Virus record (IMG/VR): IMGVR_UViG_3300025151_000047 | Coordinates: 1-53,008 of that record | DNA: 53,008 nucleotides | Strand: one strand, 5' to 3' | Source of the DNA: a virus | Lineage: Duplodnaviria; Caudoviricetes | Shown here: in pieces, positions 17,701-24,945 of the stretch | Position numbering within the stretch: the stretch's first letter is position 1 | Layout of the letters: the number at the start of each line of letters is the position of its first letter | Notes under the pieces: model-generated | What the model was told of the DNA's origin: nothing | Seen by the model: only the letters and a program-made list of their open reading frames with translations | Database searches by the model: none | Made by a program: the position numbers and the translations under genes

Positions 17701-19725
17701 TGTAATACTATTAGAGGTAGCTCTGTTAACGAAAGCTTTAACAGACCTTGTAAATCTAGATTCGTTTTTCCGAATTGAGTTAAGCCTATCTGAGACAACC
17801 TTGTTTAATTGAGTCATCCACCCTCGTTTTCTACCTTCTTCAGGAGAGTCTGGACTATCAGGATCAAGATCCCTCTTCCCTCTACTAGCTAAGTTAAACC
17901 GATCAGAAAGGTTACGTCCAATGTTAGCAGTAACATCAAACGCTCCACCAACTGCGGGAGACAGTAAACCACCGGCTACACCACTCATTGCCATACTAAG
18001 CCAGATAGCACCGCTCTGCTCTCTCTGGTAGGCCATAGCGTCTGCTGCTTCTTTTCCGTACATAGCTTCATTTAAAACATCCTCAACGGAACTAGCATAC
18101 TTGTATTCTAATGCGCCCCAAATAACACCTTCACTTAACCCAGAAATAGATCGGTAAGCTATTTTACCTGTAACACTTTTAGGAAGATAATCGCCCGCTT
18201 CTAAGTATGTTACTAAGTTTTTAAAGTTCTTTCCTTTACCCGCCCTAAGCGTGTACATAGCAGAGGGGGCTAAAAGCTCAGAGACAATCTGCGTGGGCAT
18301 GAATCTCTGGAAGTGAAGTGCTTTATCGGCTATTCCTCCAACGATCTTACCAGCTGATGATAGACCAACATCTGCTGCTTCTCCCATCCAGTGAATACCT
18401 TTTCTCGTTCTTGTCGCTTTATTGAAAACCGACATTGAGTTAGATACTTTAGTAATATTACTAATTGCAGCAGAACCCTTTAAAGTAAACGCTGCTCCCT
18501 TTAATACCGAATATCCACCTACGGTGGCAGCAGTAGCAAGAATATCTAAAGGTAAAGAAGGGTCAGCAGTAAACCCATAACCAAACATATTAGCGTAAGC
18601 TTTAAACGTAAACTCTCCGTTAGATCTTCCTAAATGTTCAGCGACAGAGTATTCGATTTGTTTTTTGTTAACGCCAGCAATAAACGCAACAGGGTTTTTA
18701 GACTCCACTAAATCCTTAATAAACTCAGGATTCTTTCTAAGATAATATAACATATCTTGGTTTTTAGTTGTAGTCAGAGCTTCAGCTAACATATTTCTTG
18801 TACCGGGAAGCTCATCAGTACCTACCCAAGTCTTATCATCGTACCGGTACAACTTATCGACAGCATCTTCCGTCCCAAACATGGATTCGTAAGTTGAGAT
18901 TTTTTCTCCTGTCATGTAATCAGGAAGAAGTTTTGCAATATTATCAATAAACCATCCATTGCCTGTTCCGGCTGTAGCCATAGCAATTTGCTGTTCAATT
19001 TCTTTTTGTCTGAAAATATCATCAAACTCAGAATCACGTAAGGGGTGATCTTCAGGAAGAGAATCAAAAACCTGCCTTAAAGCAAACTCAGTTTCTTCTC
19101 TCATACGCATCTGTAAAGCTTGGTCAGACATAATACCCGCAGTTTTACCAAGTATAGACTGATTTTCAGCGTACTGAGTAGCATTTGTAAGTTTAGATGC
19201 TTGATACGACTCACGTAAATCGTAGAATCTCATGCCCGTTTCACCCGGCATAGTAGCAAAAAGTTGGCTATTAAGCAAGGTAGGAGCTAACGTAGGATCG
19301 TCAATAGAACGGTGGACACCTTCAATAAATTTAGGATCTGAAGATTCAATAACGATTTGTTTCTCACCGTTTTCGTCTACTACTTCTTTTGCGAGTGATG
19401 TAAATAGGTTAACAAAATAATTATTTTCCGCTTCAACTCTTTGAATAGTTTCCTCAGGAGAAAATCGTTCTGGCCTGAATAAATTATCAGCCGCTGCTCT
19501 AAAGTTATCTCTTAAGTTCATAACTTCAGTTTGATCTAACATATAGTCAGCCGAATAAACTGAGTCTGCTAAAAACCCGCTAAGGTTTTGTGAAAGCTCG
19601 TATTCAGCTAGATAATCATTAAGTTTTTTAGGACGAAGTGAGTCCTCAAACTCTTTTTTCTTTAAAGCATTAACGTAATTAGTAGCTTCTCTAGAATAGT
19701 TCTCACTATTGTATTGAATAGGCAT
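5701..19725 (-). CDS. Giant internal virion (gp16-position) protein, 4674 aa; candidate virion RNA polymerase polyprotein
   Basis: 14-kb ORF with AGGAG RBS, last of a 250/1320/4674-aa trio resembling T7 gp14/15/16; RNAP-like motifs at about aa 1767-2315. Confidence 0.75.
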   Translation of the reverse strand: MPIQYNSENYSREATNYVNALKKKEFEDSLRPKKLNDYLAEYELSQNLSGFLADSVYSADYMLDQTEVMNLRDNFRAAADNLFRPERFSPEETIQRVEAENNYFVNLFTSLAKEVVDENGEKQIVIESSDPKFIEGVHRSIDDPTLAPTLLNSQLFATMPGETGMRFYDLRESYQASKLTNATQYAENQSILGKTAGIMSDQALQMRMREETEFALRQVFDSLPEDHPLRDSEFDDIFRQKEIEQQIAMATAGTGNGWFIDNIAKLLPDYMTGEKISTYESMFGTEDAVDKLYRYDDKTWVGTDELPGTRNMLAEALTTTKNQDMLYYLRKNPEFIKDLVESKNPVAFIAGVNKKQIEYSVAEHLGRSNGEFTFKAYANMFGYGFTADPSLPLDILATAATVGGYSVLKGAAFTLKGSAAISNITKVSNSMSVFNKATRTRKGIHWMGEAADVGLSSAGKIVGGIADKALHFQRFMPTQIVSELLAPSAMYTLRAGKGKNFKNLVTYLEAGDYLPKSVTGKIAYRSISGLSEGVIWGALEYKYASSVEDVLNEAMYGKEAADAMAYQREQSGAIWLSMAMSGVAGGLLSPAVGGAFDVTANIGRNLSDRFNLASRGKRDLDPDSPDSPEEGRKRGWMTQLNKVVSDRLNSIRKNESRFTRSVKAFVNRATSNSITADARMSVNYVFTKLDVGDDNSKIEGNLDRLETEIHEIASTANQSGLTIRKTAKRIANSIKDDESISVDEFLKRLTDGLKDDLIARNKEFKAKELNVRLAESAIKKVDPIERRQQIADATVNGVEPSSSETIRSREDFTNLRTQEEQASQASNESQDALDKTTEQISKVKSTVKNLEEQLKNTTDKNKKKELRDQITKEKSKLESLTKTQNEQKSAHEDNVYNHAILVGRRIKAEDDFLIEDISDFRKRLRNKIVEDLTFDKEADAPSFASIMGVLGMDEDLINRLLSMTNISEDMDTLLRKIKNYSTDRISLEDMEKIKNFVNDNFLNVIQAKDAELYETMYHQLIEKGLDPEEAFLSAFDSAEVMKLGDIKTALKDDGDKLNIADVISNLEDGQNKKKQFEEALHKVKDVRDKIAKGDVQELGLGKNVLNNLAASLEIKGRSKMSASELASAISERMKDPTQQDTDNYNKAVSLLDSSVYFKSEEMQIIEKLIKEGVESQEEALIKRQIKTAKDKDDKYNEFKLKQEELLAKRETLRKGSQDQRRPTLSDKARKQAEKRGQNVDELEAEFNEAAGKLGEVETREAKMTPKDEMPVGSVQSYKGGNAETNLKDVPTERLENALNEIENGTGRANDEGAAILVTQVEVGGNKKLEAKPVRLFAEADDLRAEIARRKKSQPATEELTTINKELEEIANLLKEMGDGIEQTVRRRTKDILNNKIRLESERISVEIRPPVGHVKPLMSLLMNVSNYIAANRQNGKNVAGSISEGYNFTNEISREDLLGLIAGSNSGFEIMRLIDTKSGGEQKVYDGDIVLDSIREKLAMADPGQAPAFMKSIDATYNRIFDRKIDGTGLFEGEGSIRNNIDFVEDIIEANRTRAEEWRKANGEDSYVDEDGNPITKEEWESHFNTKITRLAKTNNNIETDNVTDGLIVTNLLKDFNSVLPSGKKIKEFSDLGGVIDLLHPVRAARAVIDALTTQKENTSRVNNRTAVMGKTGKLERKVDIGERRESKIQQRSDSVIASMYDEFDLNRKIDFILKAELDNTGVDIKALREWLTKFKIKEDAIPNKSRDTGLLILPTQAYQSLTSEVPNSIQRAIDLNKQHFLATDPAFMTAVHDALFPMYSSLVVGDAGHFNPEVTTESGTIRPLDGLGFGFPVGFARGGTIQSGMLAAAEITYGYRGVFDAARKLYDSKFEKETGYDFVTFFFGGGIDEVQPEVRERIQKTLFKKQVEELDADASGGNVMIGMVQGIEGAGAIRQFFRDLVREAEGEEGLSRFITENYETIYERVKRTAEERTPSGTLTKAVEAMGEDYVLALEAIRKIFTQADDLDMALKEIFKSPTMTDLYNAGAGTMGNNIYNKFFNVPENKEKIINSGIIDDTSYTRIAIAASDLLGNLFNENGVTVENGWVKETLFPNRGGNKITNEKLRDLFNRFKLTQESNIPIGNAVRSTFDETDDFDTIIGRTTASNREQNSSFSELIRKTLGVSRHLVENKFYENEKDAIKGLSGVIETTLERIESDEQLKELLEKAKETGDFTEAYSRYSTLVTFEEARNIKVDALNSYARQAYRLKESSFEDTMRGMFGNVGEEVISTVLNRLNPVARRGFENDFFFNAAGSDHGRRYSPSNFTPTSEKRFRDGEVYSVVEQRNDPIVGDIGEVIEKLTVLELAIKAAEFTDGSDLPEIGGNKFETSTMYDFFKQWETDSRDSAELRDAAITQLDRLQRAKNRGNLNEGDKEQYDVLIKMISKMIDSTGENRSPEIAGIMEEITGNDTTSQVTSLPSALGFLPKTYLENFEGVPSGIVRMSQLLRSPSAARLERLQTTRKGLTGVNPERPFSDEELAYPNTLPEALDDIKPLRLQKTMPFNIFNSFAANLDKQPTIEKVSELLRSELDNFVQTVNNKQLNEFRDKGNYDKILLAYYSLNGLRESERSQLQIRLEAEKVQSLYDSIFSAIKKEKPSLSDSQINTLVLENTNYILAQNSLDAMVDNSVLDQEMTVRALTQWGFDAKNRVTDLYSLEADTISSIPVSFGTGTIEEAIQNMIINNDVEAGNLLAWLSGDAEFLGEILTSEGRFSAVSARGQDPNRAMNALVAFSGGDSPALYLSLYAMNSAKRYAISKIMGKDYEITSQHIGVFTKYYDKKLQGESLDASDVFGMEDFVRTLDETETKTIQNLLDRGTNEAVRGYSNRHILNESLRNIPVTEAVAQDMKKMFPNIDRVLGRVEEGMTIESLLKTRSEKTIISKKDNVFINQFGEPVSPHYVLGRVRVKLLPVEKLMAINSIVNKKLMDTITFAHSMGIDIPYEKSLPNAIGGYDPFSSKGSSIQEVRQNAMIQTQAIKRLTKNKANTQVDNRNTMFIGTKAMDAEFLVYDDASIRQAYSIANEINANEILSDLSIEDSNALDTIRSVDKEAFSRAMSLVPFIGKEEGLFNIFKRLETLRKNLRGQKNVTYREMYDDFRDNILPVIALLRENVLKQQNDKAVYNPDNIRHQNDIMEDPLQITADFAVADSIKDVNENTSNPTVPMAANQTELEINSIKPRTDSNEPFSGSNTIDEVFNNDKFAQNGFYHQNFLTVINELLATETINKNDHLLLKAVFNDRANHVLLKDLFGDSKPLDVVVDPEVKAGGRAEVVAARIRVAKDLAESFEGISEFGAVGIILEEIGHIVGSKLDKESMRDYMTVARDLLKNKEGFDKFVELEQKIFGKPNERNSYDSRISEFKKNLGIDSPEYDPSVNNELFGVLFALSALFGNDVNSFVLKIKDNKTIAEGIDNASHYIEKYNRYKSFVDKNFKTFIGSEGMGLMAETGLRKQSHVNALDQDEVSGMFDNFDGPDSFFNNEGPKRPDIPEAFKTDIHRLDDVIREHTDEEGMFNAFEIKNDDLRRKAIDRFLDSKREQTSSGTLVDSPVFTLMSNLSGGLISREKTEKLMHNLAQPFGLKKFAFMANKENGLPSTILMLLQATDTKLLVSSSAFGSNLPTMQGLGLQLKGIFEPLMNGLLEIKLSNFTPGMKTGTEDYTPYDLFIDMFWASTAMREKVSETQYSNEIKGWQGREAAKNRAQEIMKLAFRKAGQTLDEKTLAEQETNIEKVVDLVEMWAHPERGIWKQIITAQVDSGVFDATLGDRLITEGVIPVKFSDDVFRNDGKNGIQAREELRNAIGDQITDELINSEFIDADLFKVIFADYFERDDATKSPSSIDMGPASSIYNEYLQKKGDTNTAFNSFMRDIKKGKLKKDDLLTEPERDVYNDHIRGDRPLSEKQKEAIMELRNDRLKKTKEAQKRTYTQGMDEKLANLVAEDYMMRAGSSTYTFVGEKFFNTMDMLQNPLIKKHLNLDPAEIFGSLMRGQAAQAFDRQVFGNAFGIRGVGISDLIDTIDQLVENNQFEDIMLDPLMKQMGEKRGLKPEEKNKFTHAFNAIKSAYRYSTGTLKWDDKDASSIPFINMLNHIGQLGSALAIGPRLAFASLLEETPMALAGSFKANLQAANNRIQEGVGLLKSKQDKNAFLEGLGLITQDLTREVNVVLQKIGMEDGRKLDQSRFDKGFEGLTKGIYAFTSKGLNSQVNLNRQIGARKTTQDINRLFYRMSKGVSLIDDEGNLIPGSPRGPILPTFNELAEAFQDMNVNELSLKELRVKLKSNYNMDSDLITVVIDMLKNGLFSRELAPVVQKLFYDYGDDIKQKGLPFDKMVSETSFDYNSNAKERAQRIQVINALREILWLGATRYAKQPSVSEAPAVGARALGPLAPIATALNTYSSTVYSGMHRAGLGGMAAFAAAFMGHALSGYLYYKLIQLQMSTSYEDMVEKAKRDPMSEIQDAMMSVPFFGMNQMVIATLLQVLRGQRPSNTQIYSMAGIAMVNRMLQLPTRVTNAFAKINQGEALTGAANVASMVPLPFFAIVPIGLRVSNDMLKNSGMPLFDPFKTGYKPMENIKVSKPVREAPGPRQGTVEPRQSQPRDSMRDPDLIPALKEELNRPDMSEYENLGSLLRDSLIGGMKKPIL

Positions 19726-19744
19726 GTAATTTTCTCCTGATTAA

Positions 19745-22700
19745 TTAGGTGTCACTAATGAATTTACTCATAGTATAATATGGGTTAAGTTTCATATTGC
19801 GGTTCATTCGGTTGAGTACTTCTTTTATATTTTCTTTTTCTTGAGCACTATATAATAAAGGTATCATATCTAAGTTATACATCCAATTAGCTGGCTCAAA
19901 GACTTTATCGCTAAAGTTTCTATTAGAATTTCTTAAAATATTTTCTTTAATTTGTAAAAAATATTTCTCATCTAACATATACTCTTGTTCTTGACCAAAC
20001 CCCAAACCTTCTCCGAAATTAGTTTCAATAGTTGTATCGAGACCTGTACCTAAGACAGCTGCGAATAACTTTGGAATTCCTTTGGTATCAGTGGCATCGG
20101 TATAATCCAACATGTTTTTAATGAATTTTGATGTTTTCACTTCTGGGTTAGGTAACTGAGACATTTGCTGTAATTGTATATAAAAAGCAATACCTTGGTT
20201 GAGACCTAATTCCGAAATACCGTATTCGTAACTGTCTTGGTCCCCTTTTTTAGCATGTGATAAGCCTCTCTTTAATCCATTATGGTTTACTAGTCTTCTT
20301 AAAACCTCCATCCAATCACCTGAAACTCCTTGAAGCTGTTTAAACTGACTATTTAAAAGTTTAAAAGTATCGTAAGGAACAATGGTTTCACTCTGAGAAA
20401 CAATCTCAGCTTGGGCTAAAGGATCATTAATTTCTAATTCACTTTCAATACGAGATAAAAATTCACCTTGCTCAGTAAAAGGATTAAACTCAAAGGGGCT
20501 ACTAAATCCGTCTGCTACGGGATCTTTAGAAGCAGGCATAACCTTAACGCTATATGTAAAGAATCTACCATCATATAACTCATCTTTTTCTTCCATATAA
20601 GCAGTAAGACCCGGTTTACTATCGTCTTCGTTATCGACTTCTACAATAGATACGACAACTCTTTTACCTGCGGTATTTAAACTCTGTGTTAAAAGAGCAT
20701 CAGCTGAAAATTCTGATGTTCTTTTACCTTCTGCTTCAAGAGTAGCCAACATAGACCTATATAATTCTCCTGTTTCCATGGAAAAGTTGAAAACTTGAGG
20801 GTCATCTAAACCAACTCTAGTCATTTCAGCCATAAGCTCTTCAGTGGCTACCCTACCTTTTTCTCTATTTTTAATAATTTCTTCTTCGTTTGATCTAGGT
20901 AATCCAGTTACACGATCCATGTTTAATACATCGTTAACATCGTTTCCTATATTTGAATTTTCAAATACAATTCTTCTATCAAATATTGCTCTTGATGGTA
21001 TTTGAGTATCTTCAAAAATTAAACCTTGGTAACCTTGAATTACTCTAGCATAGTTATTTATATCTTCTGGTCTATTTCCGAGTAAAGCTACGCTATTTGC
21101 TAATGCAAAATTCCTAATATCGATAACACGATCAGGGGTAGCTTCAAACGCCCCAGCGTTACGTGGCCTAGAAGATTTAAAATTACTAGCTGGTATACCT
21201 AAAATAGATGCCAGTAAATCACTAGATTTTTCAACAGTTTCTTCAGGTAAAAATGAGATACCATTTCCACTGACTAAACCAAAAATAGGAGCAACTTTCG
21301 TTAAGTTACTTTGCATCCAGTTATTAAGCTCCCCTTGTCCTTGTGTTTTAGCTTGTTCAATTTCCTCTATTAAACCGTTCATTCTTTTATTTAATTCTTG
21401 TTGAACTCCTTTAGGGAAATCTAAAGAGTACCCGTGAATTTGTCTTTTTTCTTTATAAGATTCCATAAAAGAAGAAAGGTAGGGGACAACCTTTTCGTTA
21501 TCGTCGCTAAACTTAAATACGCCATCACTGTAGCTAAAAATACCACCACTTTCAAAAGCTACCTTATTACCTAATCTTTGCATAGAGTCTTCAAAAGAAT
21601 TCACAAATCCGACGTACCTCTGGTCTCCTTCAAATATCTCGCTGTTACCTTTTCTTTCAAGTATTTCTGCAATGTTTTTAAATTTCATAAGAGCGTTCAC
21701 ATCTTCGTCTTCTATAATTGCTTCAATACCTTTAAAAGCCATATCATTTAAATACGGTAAATTAGCTCGTCTAAAATCTTCTAAAATAGTACTATTTACG
21801 GATCTTGAAATATTGTTAAAAGCTTCTTCACCTAATGACATGGCAGCATAAGATAAATGATCCATAGCCTCTGAAGAGGATTGATAATCGTTTACTGTAA
21901 CTCCGTTACTTAAAGCAGAAACCGTAGAACTTGTAGCAGTTGCTTGTTCTGTAAATCTCTGAGGAGTAGGAATATCAATACCTTCATTAACCATTTTTCT
22001 AGCTATTTGAGTATAAGCTTCAAAATCGTCATCGAAGAGAGATTCATCAATACTATCTCTGAGAGACATATATTTCTCTGCGTCTGGGAACATAAGTTCC
22101 ATAGGCATAGGAGACTGAGGATATTTCCCCATTCCTACACCAGATGTAGCTTCTTGATACTCGAAATCGTAAGCAGCAATGCGGAAATCCAGCATATTAT
22201 CTATAATAGATTTTTGGTTATCTCCGTACTGGGAGCTGTAAAGATTATCTATAATTGTTCTAGTTGTATATATTCTTTCGTCTTCTCTATTAGCCTCAGG
22301 AGGAGGAGAACTCGGTACAGTCACAGGGTTTACTGGCCCAGTTGTCATTTCGGCTTGCCGTGCCGCTTGTAAAAGCTGTCCGGTTCTTTGGTTACTACCA
22401 AAGAACAACTCAAAGTCTTGTCTGTACAGACCGGAATAAGCCCTCATTGCCATAGCATAAGCAGCTCTATCTCCTTCCGATCCCTCACCCAGAATCGTTG
22501 AAAGATATTCAGGTTCTTCTTGGACTTTCTTAACAAACGGTTGCAGTTCTTCTGGGAATCTCAAAACATTGTATCTACTCAATAATCGAGTATTAGTAAT
22601 AGCTGAGTCTCGATCGATAATTGAAGGAACCTGTTTAACGCCATTATAAAGGTAGGTAAACATGCCTGCTTGACCAGCGGGAGAAAGACTAAGAGCCTCA

Positions 22701-23707
22701 CCCATAGCTTGTAAATCTTCATCTACTGATGAAGTATATTTAGACATTTTATGAATATTTGCTGTTCGATTCAGTTGCCCATTTACTAAAAGTGTAGAAG
22801 CGTTTCGACCTCTGGCTAAACGATTTTGAATTGTAGTCTGAGCAGCATAAAAAGAGCTAACCTTTTGATCGACTGCTTCCATAATACCGGGGTTATCTAA
22901 TACGTTTCTAGGATCAATACCAGCTTCTGAAAGGCTAGTCTCTAAAAAGTTTCTAATAGTATTATTGAACGCTGTTGCACCCAGACCAACCCTACCAGCA
23001 CCTTCGCTATTTAGAATAACATCTAATTGAGTATTAGTAATATCGTATAATCTGTTAAACTGTTCCTTAAGATCGTTTGAGATCTGACCCTGCAACCAAC
23101 GATCACCCGAAGTTTTTAACTGTGGGTTAGCACTAGTAAAATCTTTAGTTGCCGCCTCAAGAAAATCTTGCCTACTGAGACCTTCTCCTTCTGAAACGAT
23201 GGGATAGTTATTCGATTCTCTGAGAGTTTTAGAAGCCCAACTAGTAAACTTAAGATCGTCTGTAATTCCATTTAATTCTTGTAATGCCTGAGTTCGTTGA
23301 TTATGAGCTGCAACCTGAGACGTTTTAGTCAGGGGTTTAAACTCAGCATATGCTTGATCAATCATACGAAGCTTAGACTGGTAATCGATATTGTCTTTCT
23401 GAAGAATATTACCAACTAATAGTTGGACATCTTGCATTCTTTCTCTATCTACTCTATCTCTGATTCTTCTTCCTTCTTCTACTAATCCAGTAATTGGACG
23501 TAAGGTAGCGAGAAGATCAGAAGCGATATTACTCTGTGGGGCAAAGGCAGTTCTTGCGTTCGCTCCGAATTGAATACCACCGAGCTGGGGCATAGAAAGC
23601 ATTTCAGCTTCTTTGTAAACAGTAGGAGTACGCCTTTCTAATCTATCTAACTGACCGGGAATTCTTCCCGACATTTGAACCATATCGTTTTTAGTTACTT
23701 TAGGCAT
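19745..23707 (-). CDS. Putative internal virion protein (gp15 position), 1320 aa
   Basis: AGGAGG RBS; position; N-terminal Pro/Gln segment followed by helical-looking sequence. Confidence 0.6.
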   Translation of the reverse strand: MPKVTKNDMVQMSGRIPGQLDRLERRTPTVYKEAEMLSMPQLGGIQFGANARTAFAPQSNIASDLLATLRPITGLVEEGRRIRDRVDRERMQDVQLLVGNILQKDNIDYQSKLRMIDQAYAEFKPLTKTSQVAAHNQRTQALQELNGITDDLKFTSWASKTLRESNNYPIVSEGEGLSRQDFLEAATKDFTSANPQLKTSGDRWLQGQISNDLKEQFNRLYDITNTQLDVILNSEGAGRVGLGATAFNNTIRNFLETSLSEAGIDPRNVLDNPGIMEAVDQKVSSFYAAQTTIQNRLARGRNASTLLVNGQLNRTANIHKMSKYTSSVDEDLQAMGEALSLSPAGQAGMFTYLYNGVKQVPSIIDRDSAITNTRLLSRYNVLRFPEELQPFVKKVQEEPEYLSTILGEGSEGDRAAYAMAMRAYSGLYRQDFELFFGSNQRTGQLLQAARQAEMTTGPVNPVTVPSSPPPEANREDERIYTTRTIIDNLYSSQYGDNQKSIIDNMLDFRIAAYDFEYQEATSGVGMGKYPQSPMPMELMFPDAEKYMSLRDSIDESLFDDDFEAYTQIARKMVNEGIDIPTPQRFTEQATATSSTVSALSNGVTVNDYQSSSEAMDHLSYAAMSLGEEAFNNISRSVNSTILEDFRRANLPYLNDMAFKGIEAIIEDEDVNALMKFKNIAEILERKGNSEIFEGDQRYVGFVNSFEDSMQRLGNKVAFESGGIFSYSDGVFKFSDDNEKVVPYLSSFMESYKEKRQIHGYSLDFPKGVQQELNKRMNGLIEEIEQAKTQGQGELNNWMQSNLTKVAPIFGLVSGNGISFLPEETVEKSSDLLASILGIPASNFKSSRPRNAGAFEATPDRVIDIRNFALANSVALLGNRPEDINNYARVIQGYQGLIFEDTQIPSRAIFDRRIVFENSNIGNDVNDVLNMDRVTGLPRSNEEEIIKNREKGRVATEELMAEMTRVGLDDPQVFNFSMETGELYRSMLATLEAEGKRTSEFSADALLTQSLNTAGKRVVVSIVEVDNEDDSKPGLTAYMEEKDELYDGRFFTYSVKVMPASKDPVADGFSSPFEFNPFTEQGEFLSRIESELEINDPLAQAEIVSQSETIVPYDTFKLLNSQFKQLQGVSGDWMEVLRRLVNHNGLKRGLSHAKKGDQDSYEYGISELGLNQGIAFYIQLQQMSQLPNPEVKTSKFIKNMLDYTDATDTKGIPKLFAAVLGTGLDTTIETNFGEGLGFGQEQEYMLDEKYFLQIKENILRNSNRNFSDKVFEPANWMYNLDMIPLLYSAQEKENIKEVLNRMNRNMKLNPYYTMSKFISDT

Positions 23708-24452
23708 ATGATCCTCCTACTGCAAGTGTATCGTCTTGTCCCCCACCCAAGAATGAAGTAGAGTATATAGTGCTTGATGTATTCTGAGACCCGACTACAG
23801 GTGGTGATGAAGGGTTTTGAGTAGGAGTTGAACCGACAAGTCCACCGATTGCTCCCCCAAGACCTACGCCAGACATAACACCGCTGAGTCCGCCCATGAG
23901 ACCAGCCATAAGCATATTAGGTTGGGCAGGAGGCATTCCCGGAAGATAAGCATCCGCTTGTACCATAGTATCATCAATCTGATTCATATTATTTCTATAC
24001 TGATTTTCCATAGATTTCTTTTCATCTAAGGTATTAAAGAATTCGTTTTCCCAATTCTTAGCACCTTTCATTTCCATTTGCTTTTGAATAGCTTCAGCAG
24101 TACCTGAGGATAACCCTATTTTGTTAGACAGCATAGCGTTAGTAGTAGCTTTCTGCAATCTATGGTTCTCTGCCATAGCTTCTCTTCTGCCTTCGACATT
24201 CTTTTGTAAAGCAATTTGCTGTTCTGCGTAGTTTCTAGACAGTTGTTCAGCAATAAGAGAATTTTGAATTCGTTTCATGGCGTTCGCGTTAACAACACCA
24301 AAAAGTTGTTTTCCAGCAGCCCACGATTCTTTGAGTGTTCTATCATTATAAGCGGCTACTTCGGCGTTATATTGAGACTCTGCTTCGCTCATGCCACCGA
24401 AAACACCAAGCGCACCGCCTATAACGGCACCGCCAACTGCAAAATAAGGCAT
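23700..24452 (-). CDS. Putative internal virion protein (gp14-like ejection protein)
   Basis: Gly/Ala-rich hydrophobic ends flanking a Gln/Asn/Ala-rich coiled coil. Confidence 0.65.
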   Translation of the reverse strand: MPYFAVGGAVIGGALGVFGGMSEAESQYNAEVAAYNDRTLKESWAAGKQLFGVVNANAMKRIQNSLIAEQLSRNYAEQQIALQKNVEGRREAMAENHRLQKATTNAMLSNKIGLSSGTAEAIQKQMEMKGAKNWENEFFNTLDEKKSMENQYRNNMNQIDDTMVQADAYLPGMPPAQPNMLMAGLMGGLSGVMSGVGLGGAIGGLVGSTPTQNPSSPPVVGSQNTSSTIYSTSFLGGGQDDTLAVGGSYA

Positions 24453-24453
24453 A

Positions 24454-24945
24454 TTATTTCTCCATAAAAGAAAGTATTTTATCTAAGTTATTATCTATAT
24501 CCTCAGTATAAACGTGCAAGATAGGGTAATTAGCTTCTTGTAATGCTTTAGTAAGACACCACCTAGACCAATCTATGATATCTGTAGGTGGATTAAAAGG
24601 GGATTCAAATTTAACTAATTCCTGTTCTTTTTTAAAAATTCTGTTAACACTCTCTAATTGGCGATTTTTATCTTTTCTCTCCAAGATAACTAGTCTGTCA
24701 ATGTTATAGACTGGGGTTTTTAACAACACGGCAGGCCACACCTTTACACACATACCTTTCCAGATATGATCAGCGCAGCCTTTTTCAACAACAAGAGGGT
24801 CAACTTCCCAAAAACCATCGGGGTTTTCTTCTTTGGGAGTAAAATATAAAAACTTTTTACCAGCAATAGGTAATCCGTTTTTACGTAAAAAATTCATAGT
24901 AAAGGATGAACCAACTCTGGGTCCAATTCCTGTTACAACTTTCAT
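24454..24945 (-). CDS. Sulfotransferase-family (P-loop) protein
   Basis: VVTGIGPRVGSSFTMNFL resembles the 5'-PAPS-binding loop; downstream NPDGFWE. Confidence 0.6.
   Translation of the reverse strand: MKVVTGIGPRVGSSFTMNFLRKNGLPIAGKKFLYFTPKEENPDGFWEVDPLVVEKGCADHIWKGMCVKVWPAVLLKTPVYNIDRLVILERKDKNRQLESVNRIFKKEQELVKFESPFNPPTDIIDWSRWCLTKALQEANYPILHVYTEDIDNNLDKILSFMEK

Noticed and set aside
5708-19420. Many Ser/Leu/Phe-rich plus-strand ORFs inside the giant gene
   Set aside because: Typical antisense shadows of a Glu/Lys/Asp-rich coding strand
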